Source: an uncultured Bacteroidales bacterium (GTDB lineage Bacteria > Bacteroidota > Bacteroidia > Bacteroidales > F082). Taken from it: a stretch of 26,435 bases of DNA. Below, piece after piece: positions 1-9,597 of the stretch. Both the position numbers and the translations under genes were made by a program. The notes beneath the pieces are model-generated. The model was given only the letters and a program-made list of their open reading frames with translations. It did no database searches and was not told where the DNA came from. The stretch lies in contig CALGBV010000354.1 of assembly GCA_937884015.1 (NCBI GenBank), forward strand, positions 1 through 26,435, read 5' to 3'. The stretch's first letter is position 1. Each line of letters starts with the position of its first letter.

Positions 1-2
1 AG

Positions 3-131
3 ACGCTGTCGCAAACGCTCAACACCAAGGTCAAGGTCAACCGCAGCCTGACGGGAAAAGGCAGCCTGGTCATCGACTTCAAGGACGAAGCCGAGTTCGA
101 CCGCATCATGGAACTGTTCAACAGAAAATAA
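3..131 (+). CDS. parB: ParB/Spo0J chromosome partitioning protein, C-terminal fragment (truncated by window start)
   Basis: Frame 3 reads TLSQTLNTKVKVNRSLTGKGSLVIDFKDEAEFDRIMELFNRK* (TAA 129-131), resembling the ParB C-terminal dimerisation domain (GKG.lvI.F...eef.RI). Lies upstream of DUF5683-dapB as in the usual Bacteroidota order. Confidence 0.8.
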   Translation, partial: TLSQTLNTKVKVNRSLTGKGSLVIDFKDEAEFDRIMELFNRK

Positions 132-134
132 GAA

Positions 135-785
135 ATGGCGCGTCGCATACTATTACTTTTAGGTTTTGCACTCCTGTTTGGCCTCCACGACATGAAGGCC
201 CAAGTAACCGTATTCGACACTCTAAACCAACCGATTAAGGCAGAAACCATCATCACGGCAAATGCAAAAGACAACGTAAAGGTGCCGAAAGCAAAGAAAG
301 CGCACAACCCAAAAACTGCCACCATCATGTCGGCTTGCCTGCCCGGACTGGGACAAATTTACAACGGCAAGTGGTGGAAAGTGCCGATTGTATACGCTGG
401 TTTGGGCGGTTTGGGGTATATGTCAATCAGCAACTACCAAGAGTTCCGCAGTTGCGTCAATGCCTACAAGTATGTATCTGACCCTCAATCCATTGACAAA
501 CCACTAACGCAACATGAACAAGAATTAGCAGAGCGTTACCAGGCAAGTCAACTGCAGACCTACAAGGAATCATATCAACATGATTTCGAATTATATACAA
601 TCATCCTCGTGGCTTGGTACGGTGTCAATATCATTGATGCCTGCGTCGACGGTCACCTTTACACCTACGACATCAGCGACGACCTGAGCCTCAGCATCGA
701 CCCGATGATTGCAACTCCAAGAATACCATTGACTTCTGGCCTGCCGCTTGCACAAGCCGGATTATCATTCAAACTGACTTTTTAA
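135..785 (+). CDS. DUF5683 family membrane protein
   Basis: Signal peptide, then HNPKTATIMSACLPGLGQIYNGKWWKVPIVY and NIIDACVDGHLYTYDISDDLSL motifs; lies between parB and dapB. Confidence 0.8.
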   Translation: MARRILLLLGFALLFGLHDMKAQVTVFDTLNQPIKAETIITANAKDNVKVPKAKKAHNPKTATIMSACLPGLGQIYNGKWWKVPIVYAGLGGLGYMSISNYQEFRSCVNAYKYVSDPQSIDKPLTQHEQELAERYQASQLQTYKESYQHDFELYTIILVAWYGVNIIDACVDGHLYTYDISDDLSLSIDPMIATPRIPLTSGLPLAQAGLSFKLTF

Positions 786-786
786 A

Positions 787-1497
787 ATGAAAATAGCATT
801 ATTAGGATATGGAAAAATGGGACACGAAGTGGAGAAAGCCGCCATGCAACGCGGTCACCAAATCGTCGTCACCATCGACAACGGACAGGAATGGACGGAA
901 AGATTCGAGCAACTGAAACAAGCCGATGTCGCCATCGATTTCAGCCAGCCCGACCAAGCCGCCGGCAACATCAGCCGTTGCTTCGATTTGCATCTGCCCG
1001 TAGTAGTCGGCACAACGGCATGGTACGATCATTTCGACGCCATCAGCAAACGCTGCGCCGACGAAAAGCAAAGTCTGTTTTACGCACCGAATTTCAGCAT
1101 CGGCATGAATATGATGTTCAAAATGAACAAGTTGATTGCCAAATTCGCCGAGACTTACAACTACCGGCTTTCGCTTTCCGAAACGCATCACATCCACAAA
1201 TTGGATAAACCCAGCGGCACCGCCGTAAAACTGGCCAACGACATCATTGCCGCCAACAACGACTACCAATCCTGGAGCCTTGACGCAAACGGCGAAGGCA
1301 TTTTGCCCGTCACGGCCATCCGCAAAGGCGAAGTGAACGGCATTCACAGCGTGAAAGCACATTCCGAAGTCGACGAAATCACCTTGACACACGAGGCTTT
1401 CAGCCGTCAAGGTTTTGCCGTGGGTGCTTTGGTCGCCGCCGAATTCCTCATCGGGAAAACGGGCTGCTTCACCATGGACGATTTAATGCAAATCTAA
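787..1497 (+). CDS. dapB: 4-hydroxy-tetrahydrodipicolinate reductase
   Basis: Rossmann start MKIALLGYGKMG, DVAIDFS, VVGTT, catalytic ETHHIHKLDKPSGTA, and HEAFSRQGFAVGAL. Confidence 0.96.
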   Translation: MKIALLGYGKMGHEVEKAAMQRGHQIVVTIDNGQEWTERFEQLKQADVAIDFSQPDQAAGNISRCFDLHLPVVVGTTAWYDHFDAISKRCADEKQSLFYAPNFSIGMNMMFKMNKLIAKFAETYNYRLSLSETHHIHKLDKPSGTAVKLANDIIAANNDYQSWSLDANGEGILPVTAIRKGEVNGIHSVKAHSEVDEITLTHEAFSRQGFAVGALVAAEFLIGKTGCFTMDDLMQI

Positions 1498-1546
1498 ATA
1501 CGATAATCAGAAAACGCACGTTAAACAAGATATAACATTCAAAATC

Positions 1547-3064
1547 ATGTCACTCATACTTTTCATATTTTTAGTTCCGCTGCTGTTCACCATCCCGATT
1601 GCCTTCTGCTGGAAGCAATTTGAAGCAGCCGGCCAAAAAGGCTATTATGCCCTTATCCCCTACTTCAACATTTACGTTTTGCTGAAAATCATCGGCAAGC
1701 AGAAAAAGTTCTGGTGGTGGTTTTTCATCGTCTTCCCTTACATCAACATTTTCATGTTGTTCCTGATGCTCATAGAGTTAGGAAAATGTTTCGGCAAATT
1801 CAAGGTTTGGGAAGAAGGCATGGCCGCCATTCTGCCCTACGTGTTTTTCCCGATGATTGCCAAGCAAGGCGCCACTTACAAAGACCCAGCCACCGACAAC
1901 CGTCCGAAGAAATCGACGGCACGCGAATGGTTCGATGCCATCGTTTTCGCAGTCGTCGCCGCAATGATTATCAGGACATACGTCTTTGAGGCCTTCACCA
2001 TTCCAACATCAAGCATGGAGAAATCACTTTGCGTCGGCGATTACCTCATTGTCAGCAAGATACATTACGGACCCAAAGGACCTAACACACCACTTTCGTT
2101 CCCATTTGTCCACAACACCTTACCGGGAAGCAAAACTGCAAAGTCGTATTTAGAATGGATCAAATTGCCATATCATCGCTATCCAGGCACCTCACACATA
2201 AAGCGTTACGACCCAATCGTGTTCAATTATCCTGCCGGCGACACGGTTTGCGACATCTACCAGAGCAGCGTCAGTTATTATGATTTGGTTCGCGAATATG
2301 GCCGCGAGCGCGTTTGGAACGACCACGAGAATTTCGGAAAGGTAATTTCGCATCCCGTCGACAAGCGCGAAAACTACATCAAGCGCCTTATCGGTATGCC
2401 AGGCGACACACTGCAAATCATCGATGGCGTCGTTTACATCGATGGCGAAATGAGCTACCAGCCTGAAAACATGCAACACAATTACAAAGTTGTCACCTCA
2501 GGCGGCGGCATCAACAAAAAGATTCTGGACAAATACAACATCACCGAAGGCTACGCCACAAACAAAGCCAATGAATTTGTCCTCAACATCAGTGAAAAAG
2601 TGGCCGAAGAACTGCGCAAACTGCCTTTCATCACCGAAGCAACGGAAATCATCACGCCTGCGGGAGAGGGCACCAACTACGAACTGTTCCCGCATCGCCC
2701 AGACTTATATCCTTGGAATGTCGACAATTACGGTCCAATCGTGCTGCCAAAGAAAGGCGAAACCGTGGCTTTGAATACTGAAAATCTGCCGTTCTACGAG
2801 CGTGTCATTCACGCCTACGAGCTTCACGACCTGAAAGTTGAAGGCGACAAGATTTTCATCGACGGTCAACAAGCTGATTCCTACACCTTTGAGATGGATT
2901 ACTACTGGATGATGGGCGACAACCGCCACAATTCCGCCGACTCGCGTTATTGGGGCTTTGTTCCTGAAAACCATATCGTTGGAAAGGCAGTATTCGTTTG
3001 GTTATCATTAGACAAGGAAAACGGCGGCATCCGCTGGAACAGGATGTTCAGAACACCTAAATAA
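1547..3064 (+). CDS. lepB: Signal peptidase I (S26) with N-terminal DUF5684-like membrane domain
   Basis: Catalytic Ser box IPTSSMEKSL, Lys box ENYIKRLIGMPGD and MMGDNRHNSADSRYWGFVP; extra N-terminal multi-TM region (WKQFEAAGQKGYYALIPYFN). Confidence 0.95.
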   Translation: MSLILFIFLVPLLFTIPIAFCWKQFEAAGQKGYYALIPYFNIYVLLKIIGKQKKFWWWFFIVFPYINIFMLFLMLIELGKCFGKFKVWEEGMAAILPYVFFPMIAKQGATYKDPATDNRPKKSTAREWFDAIVFAVVAAMIIRTYVFEAFTIPTSSMEKSLCVGDYLIVSKIHYGPKGPNTPLSFPFVHNTLPGSKTAKSYLEWIKLPYHRYPGTSHIKRYDPIVFNYPAGDTVCDIYQSSVSYYDLVREYGRERVWNDHENFGKVISHPVDKRENYIKRLIGMPGDTLQIIDGVVYIDGEMSYQPENMQHNYKVVTSGGGINKKILDKYNITEGYATNKANEFVLNISEKVAEELRKLPFITEATEIITPAGEGTNYELFPHRPDLYPWNVDNYGPIVLPKKGETVALNTENLPFYERVIHAYELHDLKVEGDKIFIDGQQADSYTFEMDYYWMMGDNRHNSADSRYWGFVPENHIVGKAVFVWLSLDKENGGIRWNRMFRTPK

Positions 3065-3075
3065 GAATTTTTGCG

Positions 3076-3083
3076 TAATTTTG
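3076..3083 (+). promoter_or_regulatory. Bacteroidota sigma-A -7 promoter box (TAATTTTG) for ftsK operon
   Basis: Matches TAnnTTTG consensus, 25 nt upstream of ftsK ATG. Confidence 0.65.
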
Positions 3084-3108
3084 CCCATTCAATATAAGAG
3101 AAGAAAAA

Positions 3109-5853
3109 ATGGCAACTGGTAAAAGAGAAAACACATTAAGGGAAAAACCTGCGGAAAAACCGGCAATTGAAGAGAAACCGGTCATAGAGGAAGTCCCTAT
3201 CAAAGAAGAGAAAAAGTCCGAGGATAAAAAAAGCAAAAAGCCTCAGAAAGAGCCGAAAAGCAAGCCTCCAAAAGAGAAAAAGGAGAAACAGCCATCGGAA
3301 GGCAGAGCAAGAATCATTATTGGGATTCTGCTTTTGTGCTTGGCGATTTTCCTTTTTGTCGCATTCATTTCATATTTCGGCAGTTTCTTCAGCGGTCATC
3401 ACCAAGAATTTGGTGCACAAGTCTTTAGCCAGGATTTGAAGTTGGACAACCGCACGGGAAGTCTCGGTGCATGGCTTGCCCAGACACTCATCAAGGAATC
3501 GTTTGGCATTGGTGCGTTTTTCTTCGTTTACCTTGTCATTGTCATTGCTTTCAAACTATTGGTCAACAGCAAGATAAGGCTTTGGAAGGTATGGAAATAC
3601 GCCCTGCTGTCATTAGTTTGGTTCCCATTGTTTTTCGCTTTCATTCCTGCTCCGAAATGCGCCATTTTCGGCGGCGCTACAGGTGCGTGGCTCAACACGA
3701 ACCTCAGCAATTACATCGGCCGAGCCGGCGTCATTCTCGTACTCGTGTTCACTTTCCTGATTTTCGCTATTTATCAGTTCAACATCACTTTTGCCTATTT
3801 CCGCAAACTCAAGGAGCAAAGGGCGGCACGCAAGGCCGAAGCCGAAGCGAAGAAAGAAGCATTGCATCAAGAAACTGAAAATCAGAATCCTATCGAAGAA
3901 GATCCAATTACTCCGAATAACAACGATTTTCATATTAAGGACGAAAACGAAGACGACCTTCCTCCTATCACATCCTACCGCAAAGAGCCTGAAATGGAAA
4001 TCGTTCCTCCTGCTGCAGAAAACGAACACAAGGAAAACGTTATAGTCCGTCCGCCCAAGGTTGAATTTGAAGTCGAACAGCCTAAGGATGAGGATGATGT
4101 CAACGAACCAGAACCCGAGTTTATCGTCAGGACCATCACTCATGAAGAGCCGGAAGTTGCTCAAATCGTCGACATTCCATCGCCCGAAAACGAGACTCCC
4201 GTTATCATTGAGCAACCGAAAACGGAGCAATCCGAACCAGCCAGCGATGTCAAATTAGTCATTGAAAAAGCTGAAGAGGAAAAGACCGTTGAGCCTGTTC
4301 AGGAAAAAGAACATCACACGGTCGACACCCCTTTCGACCCACATTATGAACTGCGCGATTATCAATTTCCGACCTTAGACCTTTTGAAAGACTACGGCGG
4401 CAAGAAAAACGAGATCAACAGCGAGGAACTTGAAGCCAACAAGAACAAGATTGTGGAAACCCTTGGCAACTACGGCATTGCCATTGATAAGATTAAGGCC
4501 ACCATCGGACCAACCGTCACTTTGTACGAAATCGTTCCGGCTGCCGGCGTCAGGATTTCGAAAATCAAGAATTTGGAAGACGACATTGCCTTGAGTCTGG
4601 CGGCTTTGGGCATCCGTATCATCGCCCCAATTCCAGGCAAAGGCACCATCGGCATTGAAGTTCCGAACAGCAAACCTGAAACGGTTCCCATGAAAAGCGT
4701 ACTGAGTTCGGAGAAATTCCAAACTTCAAAATACGCTCTGCCTTGCGCCATTGGCAAGACCATTTCCAACGAAACTTATGTTTTCGATTTGGCCAAAATG
4801 CCGCACATTCTGATGGCTGGTGCAACAGGTCAAGGTAAATCCGTCGGCCTGAACGCCATCATCGCCTCACTGCTTTACAGCAAGCACCCGTCTGAATTGA
4901 AATTCGTCATGGTCGACCCGAAAAAGGTTGAACTGACCCTATATAACCGCATCGAACGTCATTATTTAGCCAAACTGCCTGATGCAGAAGATGCTATCAT
5001 CACCGATACCAAGAAAGTTGTGCGCACGCTCAACTCACTTTGCATCGAGATGGACCAGCGTTACGACCTGCTCAAACAAGCCGAGTGCCGCAACATTATC
5101 GAGTACAACGAAAAATTCAAGGCTCGCCGTCTGTTGCCAACCGAAGGCCACCGTTTCCTGCCTTACATCGTTTTGATTGTCGATGAATTCTGCGACCTCA
5201 TCATGACGGCTGGTCGCGATGTCGAAGCGCCAATCGCACGACTTGCACAATTGGCACGCGCCATTGGCATTCACCTGATTATCGCTACACAACGTCCTTC
5301 GGTGAATGTCATCACTGGTTCCATCAAGGCCAACTTCCCTGCCCGTATCGCATTCCGTGTCATCTCTTCCGTCGACTCAAAGACCATCCTTGATGCCACA
5401 GGCGCCAACCAGCTCATCGGTAAAGGCGATATGCTTATCTCGACCGGCAACGACATGGTGCGTTTGCAATGCGCCTTCATCGACACGCCTGAAGTGGAAG
5501 CCATGACCGAGTTTATCGGTGCGCAACGCGGCTATTCCGACGCATTTATGCTGCCTGAAGTACCTGAAGATGAAGGTGATGGCGGCAATTTTGACGAAGA
5601 CGACGGCGACCGCGACAGCCTCTTTGAAGAAGCCGCCCATATCGTTGTGCAGACTCAGCAAGGCTCAACTTCCATGATTCAGCGCAAACTGAAACTCGGT
5701 TACAACCGCGCAGGCCGCATCATCGACCAACTGGAAGCCGCAGGTATTGTCGGCCCATTTGCAGGCAGCAAAACCCGTGAAGTAAAAGTTGCCAACGAAA
5801 CAGCTTTGGAACAGATTTTGCGTGACCTCTACAACAGAGATAACGGAATATAA
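3109..5853 (+). CDS. ftsK: DNA translocase FtsK
   Basis: N-terminal TM domain, long acidic/Pro-rich linker, Walker A MPHILMAGATGQGKS, DPKKVEL, IVDEF, ATQRPS, and gamma domain STSMIQRKLKLGYNRAGRIIDQLE. Confidence 0.97.
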   Translation: MATGKRENTLREKPAEKPAIEEKPVIEEVPIKEEKKSEDKKSKKPQKEPKSKPPKEKKEKQPSEGRARIIIGILLLCLAIFLFVAFISYFGSFFSGHHQEFGAQVFSQDLKLDNRTGSLGAWLAQTLIKESFGIGAFFFVYLVIVIAFKLLVNSKIRLWKVWKYALLSLVWFPLFFAFIPAPKCAIFGGATGAWLNTNLSNYIGRAGVILVLVFTFLIFAIYQFNITFAYFRKLKEQRAARKAEAEAKKEALHQETENQNPIEEDPITPNNNDFHIKDENEDDLPPITSYRKEPEMEIVPPAAENEHKENVIVRPPKVEFEVEQPKDEDDVNEPEPEFIVRTITHEEPEVAQIVDIPSPENETPVIIEQPKTEQSEPASDVKLVIEKAEEEKTVEPVQEKEHHTVDTPFDPHYELRDYQFPTLDLLKDYGGKKNEINSEELEANKNKIVETLGNYGIAIDKIKATIGPTVTLYEIVPAAGVRISKIKNLEDDIALSLAALGIRIIAPIPGKGTIGIEVPNSKPETVPMKSVLSSEKFQTSKYALPCAIGKTISNETYVFDLAKMPHILMAGATGQGKSVGLNAIIASLLYSKHPSELKFVMVDPKKVELTLYNRIERHYLAKLPDAEDAIITDTKKVVRTLNSLCIEMDQRYDLLKQAECRNIIEYNEKFKARRLLPTEGHRFLPYIVLIVDEFCDLIMTAGRDVEAPIARLAQLARAIGIHLIIATQRPSVNVITGSIKANFPARIAFRVISSVDSKTILDATGANQLIGKGDMLISTGNDMVRLQCAFIDTPEVEAMTEFIGAQRGYSDAFMLPEVPEDEGDGGNFDEDDGDRDSLFEEAAHIVVQTQQGSTSMIQRKLKLGYNRAGRIIDQLEAAGIVGPFAGSKTREVKVANETALEQILRDLYNRDNGI

Positions 5854-5854
5854 T

Positions 5855-6481
5855 ATGAAAAAGGTAACTGCAATCATCGGAATCATCCTGACCTTTATGG
5901 TTGGCGCTGCACAAGCCCAAACCATGGCCAGCGAATTGGTCAAAAACACCATTGATAATATCAACAAGCATAAGAACGTTGAATTTGTCTTCGATTATGA
6001 TATGAGCAACGAGACCATCGCTGTCACAGAAAGCGCATCGGGATCCGCTTATATGCAAGGTGAGGCATACAAAATGGAAATCGAAGGTCAACAGATTATC
6101 TCTGATGGGAAAACCCTGTGGACTTATCTCATTGATGACGAAGAAGTGATGGTTAGCAACCCAACGGACGACGACAATATCATCACGCCCATTAAACTGC
6201 TCACGACCTACGACAAGGACTACACCATGAAATACGGCAAGAGCAGCGAAAAAGGCATCAAAGTCGTTGAAATGAGCAATCCTAAAGGCGAATTCAGTAA
6301 AGTGACGTTGAAAATCAACGAAGCGAAACTCGAAATCGTCAGCGCAACCATCAGCAACCGCAGCGGTGATGCTTTCACCATAAAAATCAAAAAGACCGTT
6401 TTCGACCAGAATCTTGAAGCAAAATTCTTCACTTTCGACGAAAAGGCTCACCCAAAAGTTGATGTCATCGATATGCGCTAA
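5855..6481 (+). CDS. lolA: Outer-membrane lipoprotein carrier LolA family protein
   Basis: Start moved to ATG 5855 (MKKVTAIIGII signal peptide); ISDGKTLWTYL motif; Bacteroidota LolA-type C-terminus FTFDEKAHPKVDVIDMR; directly after ftsK. Confidence 0.85.
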   Translation: MKKVTAIIGIILTFMVGAAQAQTMASELVKNTIDNINKHKNVEFVFDYDMSNETIAVTESASGSAYMQGEAYKMEIEGQQIISDGKTLWTYLIDDEEVMVSNPTDDDNIITPIKLLTTYDKDYTMKYGKSSEKGIKVVEMSNPKGEFSKVTLKINEAKLEIVSATISNRSGDAFTIKIKKTVFDQNLEAKFFTFDEKAHPKVDVIDMR

Positions 6482-7048
6482 ATGGATTGGGTTGAAATCA
6501 TAGCGGCAATCCTCGGATTGGTCGGCATCGGATTACAAATCAAGCAAAGCCATTGGTATTGGCTCACCTCCATACTGATGGTTTTGCTTTACATTTATGT
6601 ATTCTACCAAGCCAAATTCTATGCCGATATGAGTTTCCAATTCTATTACCTCGCCGTCAGCATTTACGGCTGGTATCTTTGGTTGACCAAGCACGAAAAC
6701 AACGACAGCAAACTCACCGTCAACAAACTGACGAAAAAATCATTTTCCATCGGCATCATTGTTTCTGCAATTCTATTCGCACTCATTTATCTGATTCTGA
6801 AACGTTTCACCGACTCGCCCATTCCTGTCGGCGATGCCTTCACCACTGCACTCAGCATTACCGCAACATGGCTTTTGGCCAAGAAATACATCGAGAACTG
6901 GATTTTCTGGATTGTCGTCGATGCCGTTTCAACCATTCTTTACATTTACAAAGACCTCTACCCTACCGCCGTCCTTTTCACAGTATTGACGGTATTAGCT
7001 TTCGTCGGCTATTTCAAATGGAGAAAGGAGGACTTGCAAAATGCTTAA
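6482..7048 (+). CDS. pnuC: PnuC-family (nicotinamide riboside-type) vitamin transporter
   Basis: Multi-TM protein with SIYGWYLW, DAFTTALSITATWLLAKKYIENWIFWIVVD and GYFKW motifs; overlaps the NadR-like kinase gene. Confidence 0.92.
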   Translation: MDWVEIIAAILGLVGIGLQIKQSHWYWLTSILMVLLYIYVFYQAKFYADMSFQFYYLAVSIYGWYLWLTKHENNDSKLTVNKLTKKSFSIGIIVSAILFALIYLILKRFTDSPIPVGDAFTTALSITATWLLAKKYIENWIFWIVVDAVSTILYIYKDLYPTAVLFTVLTVLAFVGYFKWRKEDLQNA

Positions 7049-8684
7049 AATAGCCATTCTCGGCCCTGAATCTACGGGCAAAACGATGCTTGCTGAACAA
7101 CTTGCCGCACATTTTCACACCGATTTCGTTCCCGAATATTCGAGGGAATATCTGAAAGATTTCCAAGGAAAATACGGCATTAACGATGTGATTGCCATTG
7201 CAAAAGGGCAACAAAGAAGCATTGATGAAGCGGCGAAAAAAAGCAAAGAAATACTCATTTCCGACACGGAAGCCATAGTGAATAAGGTGTGGTGCGAATA
7301 CGTTTTCAACCAAACGCCAAAAGAAATTGAAGACCTTGTGCAAAAGCAAGATTTCGACCTTTACCTGCTTTGCGACACGGATTTGGAATGGACATTCGAT
7401 CCCTTGCGCGAAAATCCAGATTTGAACGAAAGAAAGACTATCTTTGCACTGTATTTGAAAGCATTAAATACCCTTGATGCCAACTATGCCATCATTTCGG
7501 GGCAAGGCAAAGACAGGTTTGAAAACGCTCTCAAAGCCATCAATGAAATGAATAAAGCGCAACGCCATATCGTTTTCCTCGCGCGCTGGTATCCGCACAA
7601 ATACGACCCGATGTTCGGCCTGTTTGTCCAACGCCACGCCGAAGCTGCCGCCTTATATAATAAGGTGACTGTCGTTTACGTCCACGCCGACACGGCAGCC
7701 AAGGCGAAATACGACATCGAGCGCAGCATGGAGAACGGCGTTGACACCATTCGCATCTATTACAAGAAAACCAACCGCATCAGTTCGGCAATACGTTTTT
7801 GGAAAGCCTGCCAAAAAGGTCTTGCAATGGCTGACCGTCCCGACCTGATTCACGTTCATGTCCTTACCCGTTTAGGCGTTGTGGCTTGGTGGGAAAAGTT
7901 GCGCCACAACACGCCCTACATGATTACCGAGCATTGGTCGCGCTATCTGCCAGGCAACGATTTTCACGGACTTTTCAGAAAAATCATGACAAAAACCGTT
8001 GTCAAAAACGCCGACAGGATCACTACCGTTTCCGAAAACTTAGCCAATGCCATGCGCAGCCACAATCTGGAGAACAACGACTATGTGATTCTCCCTAACG
8101 TAGTGGATGTGAACCAGTTCAAGCCCATAGCACACGAAAATGACATTCCGAAAATCATTCACATCAGTTGTTTTGAAGATAAGTCGAAAAACATTTCCGG
8201 CTTGTTACATTCGTTAAAAGCCTTGGATGACGATGGTTTTGAATTTCAAGCCACGCTCATTGGCGAAGGCATGGATTACTATGCCATGCGCGATTTGTGC
8301 AGTCAACTTCAACTAAATCATCGCGTAAAATTCACAGGAATGTTGGAGGGAAATGCGCTTTCTGATGAACTTGCATCAGGCGATTTTCTCGTCCTTTCAA
8401 GCAATTACGAAAACATGCCCGTGGTCATTTTGGAAGCCTTATCTTGCGGATTACCAGTCGTTTCAACCCAAGTCGGCGGCATTGCCGAAATCATAAATCC
8501 TGGAAATGGCCTACTCGTTCCTGCATGCGACATGCAAGGCTTGAAAAACGCCATGAAAGAAATGTGCGAAAACCATCAAAAATACAATGCGCAATCGCTT
8601 CGGGAGACAATCGTGAGCAAATACAGCAAGGAAAAAGTCGGGCAATTGCTCACCCAATGGTATCAGGAAATCACCGGAAAGTGA
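7041..8684 (+). CDS. Fusion: N-terminal NadR-type/AAA_28 P-loop kinase (aa 1-~169) + C-terminal GT4 (GT-B) glycosyltransferase (aa ~170-547)
   Basis: KIAILGPESTGKT Walker A, VPEYSREY, ISDT and DLYLLCDTDLEWTFDPLRE (NadR ribosylnicotinamide-kinase-like). Then IVFLARWYP, PDLIHVH, ITEHWS, LPNVVD and SSNYENMPVVILEALSCGLPVVSTQVGGIAEII (GT4 EX7E). One continuous frame. Confidence 0.88.
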   Translation: MLKIAILGPESTGKTMLAEQLAAHFHTDFVPEYSREYLKDFQGKYGINDVIAIAKGQQRSIDEAAKKSKEILISDTEAIVNKVWCEYVFNQTPKEIEDLVQKQDFDLYLLCDTDLEWTFDPLRENPDLNERKTIFALYLKALNTLDANYAIISGQGKDRFENALKAINEMNKAQRHIVFLARWYPHKYDPMFGLFVQRHAEAAALYNKVTVVYVHADTAAKAKYDIERSMENGVDTIRIYYKKTNRISSAIRFWKACQKGLAMADRPDLIHVHVLTRLGVVAWWEKLRHNTPYMITEHWSRYLPGNDFHGLFRKIMTKTVVKNADRITTVSENLANAMRSHNLENNDYVILPNVVDVNQFKPIAHENDIPKIIHISCFEDKSKNISGLLHSLKALDDDGFEFQATLIGEGMDYYAMRDLCSQLQLNHRVKFTGMLEGNALSDELASGDFLVLSSNYENMPVVILEALSCGLPVVSTQVGGIAEIINPGNGLLVPACDMQGLKNAMKEMCENHQKYNAQSLRETIVSKYSKEKVGQLLTQWYQEITGK

Positions 8685-8686
8685 AC

Positions 8687-9484
8687 TTACACCTCGTTAC
8701 TGCTCGTAACGGAGTTTTTCATGATGCCAATCTTCGAATTTTCAATGAAATCGATGATAAACTGACGGTCTTCCGATTCAGGAAGGTTTTCCTTAATGTA
8801 CTGAACTGATTGGGAAACATTCATTCCAACGCTGTAAATCACGCGGTAAATGTCCTGAATGGCATTGATTCTTTCTCTCGAAAAACCTCTTCTGCCCAAA
8901 CCGATGGAATTGACGCCTGCATACGAAATCGGGTAACCCGTTCCCGTCCTGACAAATGGCGGAATGTCCTTATTGACCATGGCACCGCCCGAAATCATGA
9001 CATGGGCGCCGATATGAACGAACTGTGAGACAGCCGACAAGCCGCCGAAAATAGCCCAATCGCCCACAGTGATATGTCCTGCCAAAGTTGCGGCATTGGC
9101 CATAATCACGTTATCGCCCAAATAACAGTCGTGCGCCACGTGCGTGAAAGCCATCAGCAGACAATTTTTGCCAACAACCGTCTTTCCGCTTGCTATTGTA
9201 CCTTTATTTACAGTCGCAGATTCACGGATTGTGGTGCCGTCACCGATAATGCAATAAGTCGTCTCACCCTTGTATTTCAAATCCTGAGGGATGGCCGAAA
9301 CCACAGCGCCAGGAAAAATCTTGCAGTTTTTTCCGATTCTTGCGCCATCCATAATGGTGACATTCGGTCCAATCCATGTGCCTTCACCGATTTCGACATC
9401 TTCGCCAATCCAGGTGAAAGGCTCAATTCTCACATCCTCAGCGATTTTGGCATTCGGATGAATATATGCTAAAGGTTGATTCAT
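8687..9484 (-). CDS. lpxA: Acyl-ACP--UDP-N-acetylglucosamine O-acyltransferase
   Basis: Start re-set to MNQPLAYIHPNAKI (9484); hexapeptide repeats, AIPQDLKYKGE, HVAHDC and LAGH motifs. Confidence 0.95.
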   Translation of the reverse strand: MNQPLAYIHPNAKIAEDVRIEPFTWIGEDVEIGEGTWIGPNVTIMDGARIGKNCKIFPGAVVSAIPQDLKYKGETTYCIIGDGTTIRESATVNKGTIASGKTVVGKNCLLMAFTHVAHDCYLGDNVIMANAATLAGHITVGDWAIFGGLSAVSQFVHIGAHVMISGGAMVNKDIPPFVRTGTGYPISYAGVNSIGLGRRGFSRERINAIQDIYRVIYSVGMNVSQSVQYIKENLPESEDRQFIIDFIENSKIGIMKNSVTSSNEV

Positions 9485-9509
9485 CGTATTCTCTTTTACT
9501 TTGAAACGC

Positions 9510-9517
9510 CAAAAATA
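9510..9517 (-). promoter_or_regulatory. -7 promoter box (TATTTTTG) for lpxA
   Basis: Reverse complement of caaaaata matches TAnnTTTG, 25 nt upstream of lpxA ATG. Confidence 0.6.
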
Positions 9518-9541
9518 GGAAAATAATATATTGGGACGCAC

Positions 9542-9575
9542 AAAAAAATCGGCTTCTTGATGAAGAAGCCGATTT
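9542..9575 (-). terminator. Intrinsic terminator after lpxC
   Basis: Perfect 13-bp stem aaatcggcttctt-gatg-aagaagccgattt; the A7 run at 9542-9548 gives a U-tract on the minus-strand transcript. Confidence 0.85.
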
Positions 9576-9597
9576 CCGTATCATTTTGGCAACACCA

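Noticed and set aside
1547..1900. Extra membrane domain on LepB as a novel fusion
   Set aside because: DUF5684-like N-terminal extensions on signal peptidase I are, to my knowledge, already common in Bacteroidota.
1..3100. parS site near parB
   Set aside because: No TGTTTCACGTGAAACA-like palindrome seen.
9485..9597. fabZ pseudogene remnant or frameshifted continuation of lpxC
   Set aside because: Only 113 bp, occupied by a terminator and promoter; no LPHRYPF-like FabZ motif is evident.
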